Assembly: GCA_965205505.1 (NCBI GenBank)
Contig: CBDBHB010000009.1
Location: 896,001-960,000, forward strand
Origin: Acidobacteriota bacterium
Lineage (GTDB): Bacteria; Acidobacteriota; UBA890; WLXD01
Direction: 5' to 3'
DNA: 64,000 bases
In this document: positions 28,386 to 37,406 of the stretch, piece by piece
Position numbering within the stretch: position 1 is the first letter of the stretch
Layout of the letters: every line of letters begins with the position of its first letter
The notes under the pieces: generated by a model
The model's database searches: none
What the model was told of the DNA's origin: nothing
What the model saw: only the letters and a program-made list of their open reading frames with translations
Made by a program: the position numbers and the translations under genes

Positions 28386-31224
28386 CCCGCAGCCGTCGCC
28401 ACCGGCAACGGCCGCTTGGTTGCTGCGCCGGCTGTGCCGCCCACGCTATCGGGATTTGGTTGAAGGCGACGTCCTGGAGCTCTTCGAGCTCCGGTTGCAC
28501 AGCCATGGCCGATGGCGGGCGGCTGTGAGGTACTGGATCGACGTGTTGAGCCTGGCGCGAAGCCCGTACGGACGTGGCCGCCCAGACGATCGAAACGCTC
28601 CGGACCGGGGGCGGCTAACGGAGTGGATCATGAATCTGCTGCAGGACCTGCGACAGGCTGTGCGCGCGCTGGCGAAGGCGCCGGCGTTCAGCGGTGTAGT
28701 GGTGATAACCCTGGGACTGGCGGTCGGCGCCAATAGCGCGATCTTCAGCGTTGTCGACGCGGTGTTGTTGCGGCCGCTGCCCTTCGACCAGCCCGAGACC
28801 ATCGTCGTGATCAACGAGCGCGGCGGCGGTGAGCTCGAGGGACGGACGCGCTCCGGTGCGTCACAGAACCTTTTCCTCGAGTGGCGTTCCGACAGCCGCG
28901 CCTTCGAGCAGATGGCGATGTACTCACAGCAAGAGGCTACCATCACTAGCCTCGAGGAGCCGGTTCGGATGAACGGGCTCGCGGCGTCGCCGGCGCTGTT
29001 CACATTGCTGCGCGTCGACGCCGTGATCGGTCGGACGTTTACCCCCGACGAGGAGGAGCCTGGGCAGGACGATGTCATCGTCCTCGGGCACAGCGCCTGG
29101 CAGCGGTACTTCGGTGACGATCCGGGCGTGGTCGGCACCCAGCTCCGCCTCGATGATCGCAGTCGGACTGTGGTAGGCATCACCCCGCCGGGGGTCCAGT
29201 TTCCGGACGCCTCCATCGAGTATTACGTGCCCATGCTGGCGTCGCTCCCCGACTCGGTCGGGGGTGTCGAGGAAGCGGCGCGATCGGGAGCCTCGGTGCG
29301 CCGAGAGCGTAACGTCCGCCAGGGCGGTCCAGGTGGTCCGGGTAGTCCAGGTGCGTCGCCAGGTGGCTCCGGGCCAGCTGGAGGTGACGGACAAGACGGC
29401 GATGACGGTGGGGAGAGTGAGGACCGGCTCGAGCTCTGGGGTCGGGTGGTGGCACGGCTGAACCCCGGGGTCACGCTCCAGATGGCCAGCGAGGAGGGAA
29501 CGGCGCTGGTCCGTGGGCTGCGTCAAGAAGATGTCGCTACCCTCGGTGATCGCGGGGCGGAAGTGATCTCGATGCAGGAGGAGGTGGTCGGTTCGGTGCG
29601 CCGGTCGTTGCTGACTCTGATGGGTGCCGTCGGGTTCGTCTTGCTCATCGCCTGTGCCAACGTCGCGAACTTGGTGATGGCGCGTTCGGCGGAACGGCGC
29701 AAGGAGATCGCGGTGCGGTCGGCCTTGGGCGCCGACAAGTGGAAGCTGTCGCGTTACCTGTTCCTCGAGAGCCTGTTGCTGGCGCTCGCCGGCGGGGTGG
29801 TGGGTTTGGGGCTGGCCTTCGGCGGCCTACGGATGCTGGCCGCCTTGGGCCCCGACTTCATCCCGCGGCTCGAGGGGGTGAGTATCGATGGGCGCGTGCT
29901 CGGATTCACGCTGGTCGTGGCAGCGGTCACCGCGGTGCTGTTTAGCTTGATGCCGGCACGCGGCGCCTCACGGCTCGATCTCACACGTGCCTTGAAGGAG
30001 GAGTTCAGCACGACCGGGCTAGGCCGCGACACGCTGCGCAAGCTGCTGGTGACGGCCGAGGTCGCGTTGTCGGTGGTCTTGCTGGTCGGCGCCGGCCTGC
30101 TGCTGGCGAGCTTCGTACGGCTGGCCAGCGTTGACCCGGGCTACGACCCCAACAACCTCCTGCATCTTCACATCAGCCTGCCGGCCAACGCCTACGCTGA
30201 CGCTGCGTCACACCTGAACTACTACGATGATCTGGTGCTGCGCCTGGAGAACGTGCCGGGTGTATCGTCGGCGACGGTCGCTAATCAGCCGCCCCATTTG
30301 CCGGCGAACATTCGCGTGGCGATGTCGACGCAGCGTGACGAAGGCCCTTCATCGCCTGAGCAGCGCCCGACGCCAGTAGGCGTGCGGATGGTCGAGAACG
30401 CGTACTTCGAGACACTGCGTGCCGTTCCCGCGGCGGGTCGGCTCATCAACCGCGATGATCGCCCGGAGACGCTGGCGGTAGCCGTGCTGAGCCGCTCCGG
30501 AGTGCAGGCGATGTTCGGCGATCGCGACCCGGTGGGGGAGAAGATGCCTTTCATCGGCGGACAGGAGCTCGAGATCGTTGGCGTCGTGGGCGACGTCCGC
30601 ACCGCCGGCGTCGATCCGACACCGCAGGCCGACATTTTTCTGCCGTATCGCCAGGCGCCCGAGCGCATGGTGCCGACGCTGTTCAGCACGGCGCACGTGC
30701 TGATCCGTACCGGACCAGCCTCTTTAAGCGTTCTCCCGGCGGTGCGCACCGCACTACGGCAGTCAGAGAGCGGACTGCTCGTGCTCAGTGCCGCCACCAT
30801 CCGCGACCGGCTTTCCGATTCGGTTGCCGAGCCGCGCTTCTATGCGAGCCTCGTCGGTGCCTTCGCGCTGCTGGCGTTGTCGCTGGCTGCCATCGGGATC
30901 TACGGCATGCTGTCGTACTCGGTACAGCAGGGTGTGCGCGACACGGCGATCCGACGAGCTCTCGGCGCACCGGTGAGCGGTATCTTGCGTCGGGTCCTCG
31001 GTCAGGGAATGGGTCTGGCGGGCGCCGGCCTGGTGCTCGGTATTGCGGCTGCGCTGGCCTTGACGCGCCTGTTGGAGTCGATGCTGTACGAGGTCGAGCC
31101 CACGGATCCGTCATCGCTGACCGTCGTGGCGCTAGTTTTTCTGGCCGTGGCGCTATTGGCTGTGTGGATCCCGGCTCGCCGGGCCACACGCATCGACCCA
31201 ATGGACGTGCTGCGCTACGAGTAA
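28378..31224 (+). CDS. ADOP-type (duplicated MacB/FtsX) permease
   Basis: DLRQAVRAL..PAFS..ITLGLAVGANSAIFS, LLIACANVANL, RRATRIDPMDVLRYE. Confidence 0.9.
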   Translation: MRDPQPSPPATAAWLLRRLCRPRYRDLVEGDVLELFELRLHSHGRWRAAVRYWIDVLSLARSPYGRGRPDDRNAPDRGRLTEWIMNLLQDLRQAVRALAKAPAFSGVVVITLGLAVGANSAIFSVVDAVLLRPLPFDQPETIVVINERGGGELEGRTRSGASQNLFLEWRSDSRAFEQMAMYSQQEATITSLEEPVRMNGLAASPALFTLLRVDAVIGRTFTPDEEEPGQDDVIVLGHSAWQRYFGDDPGVVGTQLRLDDRSRTVVGITPPGVQFPDASIEYYVPMLASLPDSVGGVEEAARSGASVRRERNVRQGGPGGPGSPGASPGGSGPAGGDGQDGDDGGESEDRLELWGRVVARLNPGVTLQMASEEGTALVRGLRQEDVATLGDRGAEVISMQEEVVGSVRRSLLTLMGAVGFVLLIACANVANLVMARSAERRKEIAVRSALGADKWKLSRYLFLESLLLALAGGVVGLGLAFGGLRMLAALGPDFIPRLEGVSIDGRVLGFTLVVAAVTAVLFSLMPARGASRLDLTRALKEEFSTTGLGRDTLRKLLVTAEVALSVVLLVGAGLLLASFVRLASVDPGYDPNNLLHLHISLPANAYADAASHLNYYDDLVLRLENVPGVSSATVANQPPHLPANIRVAMSTQRDEGPSSPEQRPTPVGVRMVENAYFETLRAVPAAGRLINRDDRPETLAVAVLSRSGVQAMFGDRDPVGEKMPFIGGQELEIVGVVGDVRTAGVDPTPQADIFLPYRQAPERMVPTLFSTAHVLIRTGPASLSVLPAVRTALRQSESGLLVLSAATIRDRLSDSVAEPRFYASLVGAFALLALSLAAIGIYGMLSYSVQQGVRDTAIRRALGAPVSGILRRVLGQGMGLAGAGLVLGIAAALALTRLLESMLYEVEPTDPSSLTVVALVFLAVALLAVWIPARRATRIDPMDVLRYE

Positions 31225-31255
31225 CCGCAGCAGCACGCTTGTTACACCACGATAG

Positions 31256-31283
31256 GCAACGATCATCTGCTACAGGACATTAG
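31256..31283. repeat. solitary terminus of MITE family A
   Basis: GCAACGATCATCTGCTACAGGACATTAG vs GCAACGATCATCTGTTACAGGCCACTAG (25101-25128). Confidence 0.75.
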
Positions 31284-31459
31284 TGCTGCGCCCCACAAAT
31301 AGTGGTACGCCTGCTCTGCCCGTAGGGTAGCGGCGGGAGGGGACGATCCCTTTGTCGCGGCTCCTGAACGATGTACCAACATCGCCTCCGTCGCCGCTCC
31401 GCGGGCTCGTCCCGTCGCGCTCGCTACAGGCGTACCACTATTTGTGGGGCGTAGCACTA
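31281..31459. mobile_element. MITE-like element, family B (~180 bp)
   Basis: 33-bp TIRs with one mismatch: TAGTGCT(G/A)CGCCCCACAAATAGTGGTACGCCTG. Confidence 0.8.
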
Positions 31460-32005
31460 CTAGAACCCGATCGTGATGCCGGCGGTTACCATCTGCAGGT
31501 CCTGGAGAAAATCGACCCGGAAGCGCTCGTATTCGGCGCGCAGCGAGAACGTGCCCAATCGTAGCGCCGCGCCTGCACCGTATGCGAAGTCGGTACCCTT
31601 CGTCTCCGCGATGTCACCCGCGACGCCGGTCTCATGCTTCCATCGGAACCAGCCGCCGCGGCCGAAGATCTCAAAAGGCCCGGCCGGGAGGATCAGCAGC
31701 ATCGACCCCTGAAAACCGGTCGTGCGCGCCGTCAGGTCTGCTCCCGGGAAGATGGCAGTGAGCTCGTTTAGCGAGCGGTAGTCGATCTCGAAGGCCAAGT
31801 ATCGCGATCGATAGCCGGCGCCGGCCTTCCAGGCGATCGTCGTATCGTCGATCACGTTGATCTCGTCGATGTCGAGCCGAACTAGTGCAGCGCCGACCGA
31901 GCCGGCGATGTACAGACCTTCTGCAGCAAGCCCTCCTTGCGCCAACGCCGGGCTAGCGTAGCCCAGCAGAACGACGAGTACACTGATTCCCCACAGCCGT
32001 TTCAT
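31460..32005 (-). CDS. outer membrane beta-barrel (porin-family) protein
   Basis: Signal peptide, GLYIAGSVG, FAYGAGA, SLRAEYERF, terminal F. Confidence 0.82.
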   Translation of the reverse strand: MKRLWGISVLVVLLGYASPALAQGGLAAEGLYIAGSVGAALVRLDIDEINVIDDTTIAWKAGAGYRSRYLAFEIDYRSLNELTAIFPGADLTARTTGFQGSMLLILPAGPFEIFGRGGWFRWKHETGVAGDIAETKGTDFAYGAGAALRLGTFSLRAEYERFRVDFLQDLQMVTAGITIGF

Positions 32006-32157
32006 CGATACACCCACGATTCGCGGGGTGTGAACGTAGCCGGCGCGCAACTTGGCAGGTGTTGCGACCGGCGCGGCGTGGCCCCCACACCACATCCGTT
32101 CCAATAGCGTACTTTAGGCGCGGCCGCCGGACATGCCGGTAGCCGCGCCCGCACCCG

Positions 32158-32898
32158 TCAGCTTGCCGCCCGGCGGAACTTGAGCAGCATACGATCCATC
32201 GAAGAACGGCTGTCCCAATACGCCTGGGCAAAGTCGTCGCCGGGGTTGGCGAGTAGCTCGGAACGATCCACGAGCTCAAATCCGCGCGCCTCGATCTCGG
32301 CGATGATCAGCGCCTCCGACACGCGGTGTGTATTACTGTCGATACCCTTGCCGGGCATACGTGAGTCGATCACGCCGAGCACGCCGCCGGGCTTCAGTGC
32401 TCGCAGCAGCTCGGTAAAGATGGGGTCGGGCTGCATTCCGTACTGTTCGGCGATCTCGGGGATGAGCATGTCGTGGACGTTGCGGACGACGACACAGATA
32501 TCAAGGCTCGCGTCGGGTACGTCAGCGAGGTTCTCGTGTATCTCGACGTTGTCGAGTCCGGCGGCGGCAAAACGCTCGGCGAGCCGCTTGGCGCCGTCAG
32601 CGTTGGTGCCGACGCTATGAACGCGCCCGCTGGTGCCGACCATGTGGGCCAGAACGTGGCTGTTGTAACCGCCGCCGGGAATCAGGTCTGCCACCATGCT
32701 CCCGGGTGCCACCCCGAGCCAAGCGAAGACCTCGAGAGGCTTACTGCCGGCGTCGCGTGCTCGGTCTTCGTCGGGCCGCGACGGGTCGCCCAGGGGGTCG
32801 TGCTGAATCGCCGACACGGGTGCCACGATGATGGCCAGCGCCAGCCCTATCAACAAATAGGTGCTTCTTGCAGCAATGTTGCGAAGCGGGTAGAGCAT
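32158..32898 (-). CDS. exported class I SAM-dependent methyltransferase-like protein
   Basis: RPDEDRARD..SKP, VADLIPGGGY, ALKPGGVLGVID, LLANPGD, DRMLLKF; start uncertain. Confidence 0.8.
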   Translation of the reverse strand: MLYPLRNIAARSTYLLIGLALAIIVAPVSAIQHDPLGDPSRPDEDRARDAGSKPLEVFAWLGVAPGSMVADLIPGGGYNSHVLAHMVGTSGRVHSVGTNADGAKRLAERFAAAGLDNVEIHENLADVPDASLDICVVVRNVHDMLIPEIAEQYGMQPDPIFTELLRALKPGGVLGVIDSRMPGKGIDSNTHRVSEALIIAEIEARGFELVDRSELLANPGDDFAQAYWDSRSSMDRMLLKFRRAAS

Positions 32899-33699
32899 CG
32901 ATCGGTAACTCCAGGGGATGCGGGCGATCGGCACGCCGGCGCGACGCGCGACCGCGATGATGTTCTCTCTCTCGCTCGGCGCGCACAAGGGCGCGCCGAA
33001 TGGCTACTGGCGCAGCGACTGTAACGACTACGTTCGATCGCCGTGCCAGACGCATGGCAGCGCCGTCCTGGAGCTTGCCAGGGCTGCGCTACAGCTCACG
33101 CCTCCAGAATCGGAAGTCGCGCCGCTGCGCCACCCCTCTCCGCCGCCGCACGATCTGTGGGTATCGATATCAGTGTCGACCGGTTCCTCGATCGGGCGGA
33201 TCGAAAAAAAACCCGACAGTGTCAGCGTAGCGATACTCCACGCGCGCGCGGTTGTGCAGGTACACCGGGCCAACGGGTGTAGCAATGGCACCTCCCCCGA
33301 TACTGGTCATGCCGCTTGAGGCATGCCAACCCCCTGTTTACGACCCCGGCGCGATCCTAGACCCCTCGCGCACGTACTGAAAGCCTCTTGGCAAGAACTA
33401 TCCGCATTCTTTTCGGGACAAGAACCCCGCCCAGCGTTGTTCCGGAGGTCCGCTCAGGCGTCGGCGAGGAGCTCCCGCTTCCACGCGACGGATGCTAGCT
33501 GATAGTAATCGCTCGAAAACTGCGTCCACGATCCGAGCGCCCCAGGGACCGGGTATTCGGATTCCTCGCTGGCTGATCATCGGGCGCGTCGAGCCGGTTC
33601 ACAGGTGCTCGCCGCGGGCCGAGTATGATACGGCACGCACCGCTGCCACGAGCCATGGATAGCGATCGGCCCGCTTCTCAGGACACCGAAGGCAGAACA

Positions 33700-34641
33700 A
33701 TGAAGGTCCCCGTGGAGCCGGCTATCGTGCCCCAGCAGCCACCGCCGGCAACGGACGGAAATTCGGCGCTGGCGATCGGCTGCGCCATCTTCGCTGTGGC
33801 CATCTTCGCTATCCAGGATGCGATCATCAAGCTGCTGGTGGCCGACTATCCGATCATGCAGATCCTCGGCCTACGCAGCCTGGTGATGCTGATTCCGGCC
33901 GCGATCCTGCTGCGCGCCGAAGGTGGGCTGCGATGTCTCCGCACCCATCGGGCACGAGAGCAAGCGCTCCGTTGCTTCTTGACCCTCTTGACCTGGATTA
34001 CCTTCTACTTCGCCATCGCCAGTCTGCCACTGGGCGAGTTGGCGGCGATCGTCTTCTCGGCGCCGTTGATGATCACGGCGCTGTCAGGACCGCTGCTCGG
34101 GGAGCACGTCGGCGCGCATCGTTGGACAGCCCTGCTGATCGGTTTTCTGGGCGTGCTGCTGATCGTACGGCCGACCGGCGATGCTGCCGTCGACTGGGCG
34201 GGGGTTGCGGCGCTCGCCTCGAGCTTTTTCTACGCGCTTGCGATGATCCAGACGCGCCGGTTGACGCGTACGGATTCCGCCGCCGGGATGCTGGTGTATA
34301 GCGCCGTCTTCATGACGCTGGTGTCGATCGTCACCTGGCCTTTCCAATGGGTCACTCCCGGAAGATTCGACTTCCTCCTGCTGGTGACACTCGGCCTGCT
34401 CGGCGGCTTCTCCCACTACGCGATGATCCAGGCGTATCGTCTGGCACCGGTTTACGTGGTGGCGCCATTCGACTACACACACCTGGTGTGGGCGATGGCA
34501 CTTGGCTACCTTATCTGGGCCGAAGTCCCGAGCGTCGGGATGCTGGTCGGCGCGACGGTGATCGTCTGCAGCGGCCTCTACGTGCTGGCGCGCGAGGCTC
34601 GCCTCAAGCGTCGCCGCGTACGGCTGAAGGCGGCGGGCTGA
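33700..34641 (+). CDS. DMT/EamA family transporter
   Basis: DAIIK, FSAPL...LLGEHVG.HRW...GFLGVLLIVRP, APFDY. Confidence 0.88.
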   Translation: MKVPVEPAIVPQQPPPATDGNSALAIGCAIFAVAIFAIQDAIIKLLVADYPIMQILGLRSLVMLIPAAILLRAEGGLRCLRTHRAREQALRCFLTLLTWITFYFAIASLPLGELAAIVFSAPLMITALSGPLLGEHVGAHRWTALLIGFLGVLLIVRPTGDAAVDWAGVAALASSFFYALAMIQTRRLTRTDSAAGMLVYSAVFMTLVSIVTWPFQWVTPGRFDFLLLVTLGLLGGFSHYAMIQAYRLAPVYVVAPFDYTHLVWAMALGYLIWAEVPSVGMLVGATVIVCSGLYVLAREARLKRRRVRLKAAG

Positions 34642-34679
34642 GGGCGAGTGGGCTCGACGCCGACGCCTACCTTCGGGAG

Positions 34680-35234
34680 ATGGCAGAATCCGCCGCCGTG
34701 AGCATTACGGCGAAGATAGGTATCGTGACGGTCTCGGATCGAGCAAGCCGCGGCGAGTACGAGGATCGCGGCGGGCCGGCCATCCGCAGGTATCTAAGCG
34801 AGCTCCTTACCTCGGAATGGGAGCCGGTAGCGCGCGTGATTCCCGATGAGCGGATGGAGATCGAGAACACGCTGCGCGATCTCTGCGACAACGAGGGGTG
34901 CTGCCTGGTGGTTACCACCGGTGGAACCGGGCCTGCGGCGCGCGACATCACCCCCGAGGCCACCGAGGCGGTGAGCGTCAAGCTCATGCCGGGCTTCGGC
35001 GAGCTCATGCGCACGGTGTCGCTGCGCGTTGTTCCTACGGCGATCCTGTCGCGCCAGACCGCCGGCATCCGGGGAAGCAGCTTGATCCTGAACCTCCCCG
35101 GGCAGCCGAAGGCGATCGCCGAATGCCTAGATGCGGTGTTTCCGGCGATTCCGTACTGTGTTGATCTGATCGGTGGCCCGTACCTGACGACGGACGAGGC
35201 CAGGCTCGTTGCCTTCCGGCCCAAAAGTAAGTGA
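34680..35234 (+). CDS. mog: molybdopterin adenylyltransferase
   Basis: IGIVTVSDRASRGEYED.GGP, TTGGTGPA.RD.TPEAT, LNLPGQPKAI.ECL, FPAIPYCVDLIGG. Confidence 0.93.
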   Translation: MAESAAVSITAKIGIVTVSDRASRGEYEDRGGPAIRRYLSELLTSEWEPVARVIPDERMEIENTLRDLCDNEGCCLVVTTGGTGPAARDITPEATEAVSVKLMPGFGELMRTVSLRVVPTAILSRQTAGIRGSSLILNLPGQPKAIAECLDAVFPAIPYCVDLIGGPYLTTDEARLVAFRPKSK

Positions 35235-35278
35235 GTCATGCCGCCCGGCGTTGGGGCGCTGAGAACTAGGAGTACCTG

Positions 35279-36505
35279 ATGCAGCTGATACGCCCGTTCC
35301 GTGGCTTGCGATCGACGCCCGAGAGCGCCGGCCGCGTCGCCGCTCCGCCGTACGATGTGCTCGACAGCGAGGAGGCGCGACGCCTGGTTGGCGACAACGC
35401 CGATTCCTTCCTGCACGTGTCCAAGCCCGAGATCGACTTCCCGCCGGGCACCGATCCACACGCGCCCGAGGTCCACGCCCGCGGCCGGGCGAACCTCGAT
35501 CGGCTGGTCGACGAGGGTTTGCTCCGGCGCGATGGAGCCCCTTGTCTGTACGTTTACCGGATCGTCATGGGCGAACACACCCAGACCGGGGTGGTGGCCG
35601 CCGCCAGCATTGCCGCTTACCTCGATGGCCGCATCCGGTTGCACGAGCACACCAAGGACGACAAGGTCGACGATCGTGCCCGCAACGCGGATGCCCTCGA
35701 CGCACACACCGGCACGCTGTTTCTGACGCATCGCGCCGACTCGGAGGTCGATCGGCTGGTAGCCGACTGCCGGACGCAACCGCCGACCATCGATGTAACC
35801 GGCGAGGACGGCGTGCAGCATACCCTCTGGGTGGTTTCCGAGCCCGGGGCATTGGCGGCGGCGTTCAACGCCATGCCGGCGGTGTACATGGCCGACGGTC
35901 ACCACCGCTCGGCGGCGGCGGCCAAGCTGCACGAATGGCGCCAGGAGAGGCGTGCGGCGGGAGAAGAGGTCGGTGGCGCCGATTGGTTTCTGGCGGTGAT
36001 GTTTCCCGACGACCAGGTGCAGATCCTGCCGTACAATCGTGTCGTGTCGACGCTCGGCGGGCGCACCGCCGACGAGCTGATCGAAGCCCTCGGCGACGCG
36101 TTCACCGTGGAGCCTAGCGACGTTGCCGTGCAGCCGCCGCGCCCGGGAGTGTTCGGCCTTTATCTGGCGGCGCACTGGTACCGGCTCGAAATCGATCCCG
36201 CTCGGGTTCCCGAAGATCCGCTCGGTCGGCTCGACATCAACCTGCTTGGCGCCAATTGTCTTGGGCCGCTGCTCGGCATCGAGGATCAACGCATCGACGA
36301 CCGCATCGACTTTGTCGGCGGCATTCGCGGCCTCGAAGAGCTCGAGCGACATGTGGACAGCGGCGTGATGAAGGCCGCGTTCTCCCTCTACCCCACTCAG
36401 CTGGCCGACGTCCTGGCAGTCGCCGACGCCGGCGAGGTGATGCCGCCGAAGTCGACCTGGTTCGAGCCCAAGCTGCGCGACGGCTTGGTGGTGTTGCCGC
36501 TCTAG
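35279..36505 (+). CDS. DUF1015 family protein
   Basis: IRPFRGLR, APPYDV, HEHT, YMADGHHRSA, MPPKSTWFEPKLRDGL. Confidence 0.9.
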   Translation: MQLIRPFRGLRSTPESAGRVAAPPYDVLDSEEARRLVGDNADSFLHVSKPEIDFPPGTDPHAPEVHARGRANLDRLVDEGLLRRDGAPCLYVYRIVMGEHTQTGVVAAASIAAYLDGRIRLHEHTKDDKVDDRARNADALDAHTGTLFLTHRADSEVDRLVADCRTQPPTIDVTGEDGVQHTLWVVSEPGALAAAFNAMPAVYMADGHHRSAAAAKLHEWRQERRAAGEEVGGADWFLAVMFPDDQVQILPYNRVVSTLGGRTADELIEALGDAFTVEPSDVAVQPPRPGVFGLYLAAHWYRLEIDPARVPEDPLGRLDINLLGANCLGPLLGIEDQRIDDRIDFVGGIRGLEELERHVDSGVMKAAFSLYPTQLADVLAVADAGEVMPPKSTWFEPKLRDGLVVLPL

Positions 36506-36525
36506 CACCCTGATAGGTCCCGAGC

Positions 36526-36780
36526 GTGTTGGCGCGTTACTCGATCGACTCCACTGTGCCTACTGCCGACGTGGCTGCCTTGCACCGAGCCCTTCGGTGC
36601 GCCGGCTGGCAGGAGACCGCAGGAGACGATTGGGACTTCTATTGGGCTGGCGGGCCGCCCGACGCTGACTTCTACCGTTCGCTGCCAAAGTGGTTGGGGA
36701 GCTCGAACAACAACACGTTTTCCAGGCTCGGTAGGGCGCCCGCGGTCTGTGGGTTGCGCACCCGACGTGAGCTCGCTTGA
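36526..36780 (+). pseudogene. possible N-terminal remnant of a bacterial tubulin-tyrosine-ligase-like protein
   Basis: ALRCAGWQETAGDDWDFYWAGGPPD resembles my recollection of TTL-family N-termini; too short to contain an ATP-grasp domain. Confidence 0.35.
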
Positions 36781-36815
36781 TCGCGCCGTCGTTGCGCCAG
36801 TACGCTGCCGTCGAG

Positions 36816-37406
36816 ATGAGTATGGAACCAGTGGAGGAGGACGACCATCGGGTGACCGAGCTGTTGCTCGGCTGGAGCGAGGGGGACGACGAGTCGCGCG
36901 AGCGCCTGATGGACATTGTCTATCAGGCGCTGCGACGCATCGCCGGCGCCCAGCTGCGTGGTGAGCGTAGCGGGCACACGCTGCAGGCTACGGCACTGGT
37001 CAACGAGGCCTACCTGCGCCTCGTTGATCAGAATCGTGTTCAGTGGAAGAATCGCGCCCATTTCTTCGGCATTGCCGCGCGGCTCATGCGGCGAATCCTG
37101 GTGGATCATGCGCGCCGTCAGCGAGCCGAGAAGCGCGGCGGCGGCGCGACGGTCCTGGTAATCAACGAGGACGTCGTTGCTGGACCCGAGCGCGACTTCG
37201 ACCTCGTGGCTCTGGACGACGCTCTCGAAAAACTACAATCGTTCGATGCTCGGGCCGCTCACCTCGTTGAGTTGCGTTTTTTCGGCGGCCTTACCATCGA
37301 GGAGACCAGCGAGGTGATGGAGCTCTCGCCGGCGACCATCAAGCGCGAGTGGAGCACTGCCCGTGCTTGGCTGCATCACGAGATCGTATCCGGGGAAGCC
37401 GAGTGA
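36816..37406 (+). CDS. ECF sigma factor of the kinase-associated type
   Basis: VTELL..W..GD, HTLQATALVNEAYLRL, W.NRAHFFGIAA..MRRILVD, VELRFFGGLT. Confidence 0.92.
   Translation: MSMEPVEEDDHRVTELLLGWSEGDDESRERLMDIVYQALRRIAGAQLRGERSGHTLQATALVNEAYLRLVDQNRVQWKNRAHFFGIAARLMRRILVDHARRQRAEKRGGGATVLVINEDVVAGPERDFDLVALDDALEKLQSFDARAAHLVELRFFGGLTIEETSEVMELSPATIKREWSTARAWLHHEIVSGEAE

Noticed and set aside
32899-33699. ~800-bp intergenic region with small Cys/Ser/Gly-rich ORFs (RiPP precursor or sRNA?)
   Set aside because: No modification enzymes nearby, no convincing structure or repeat, and the ORFs lack support.
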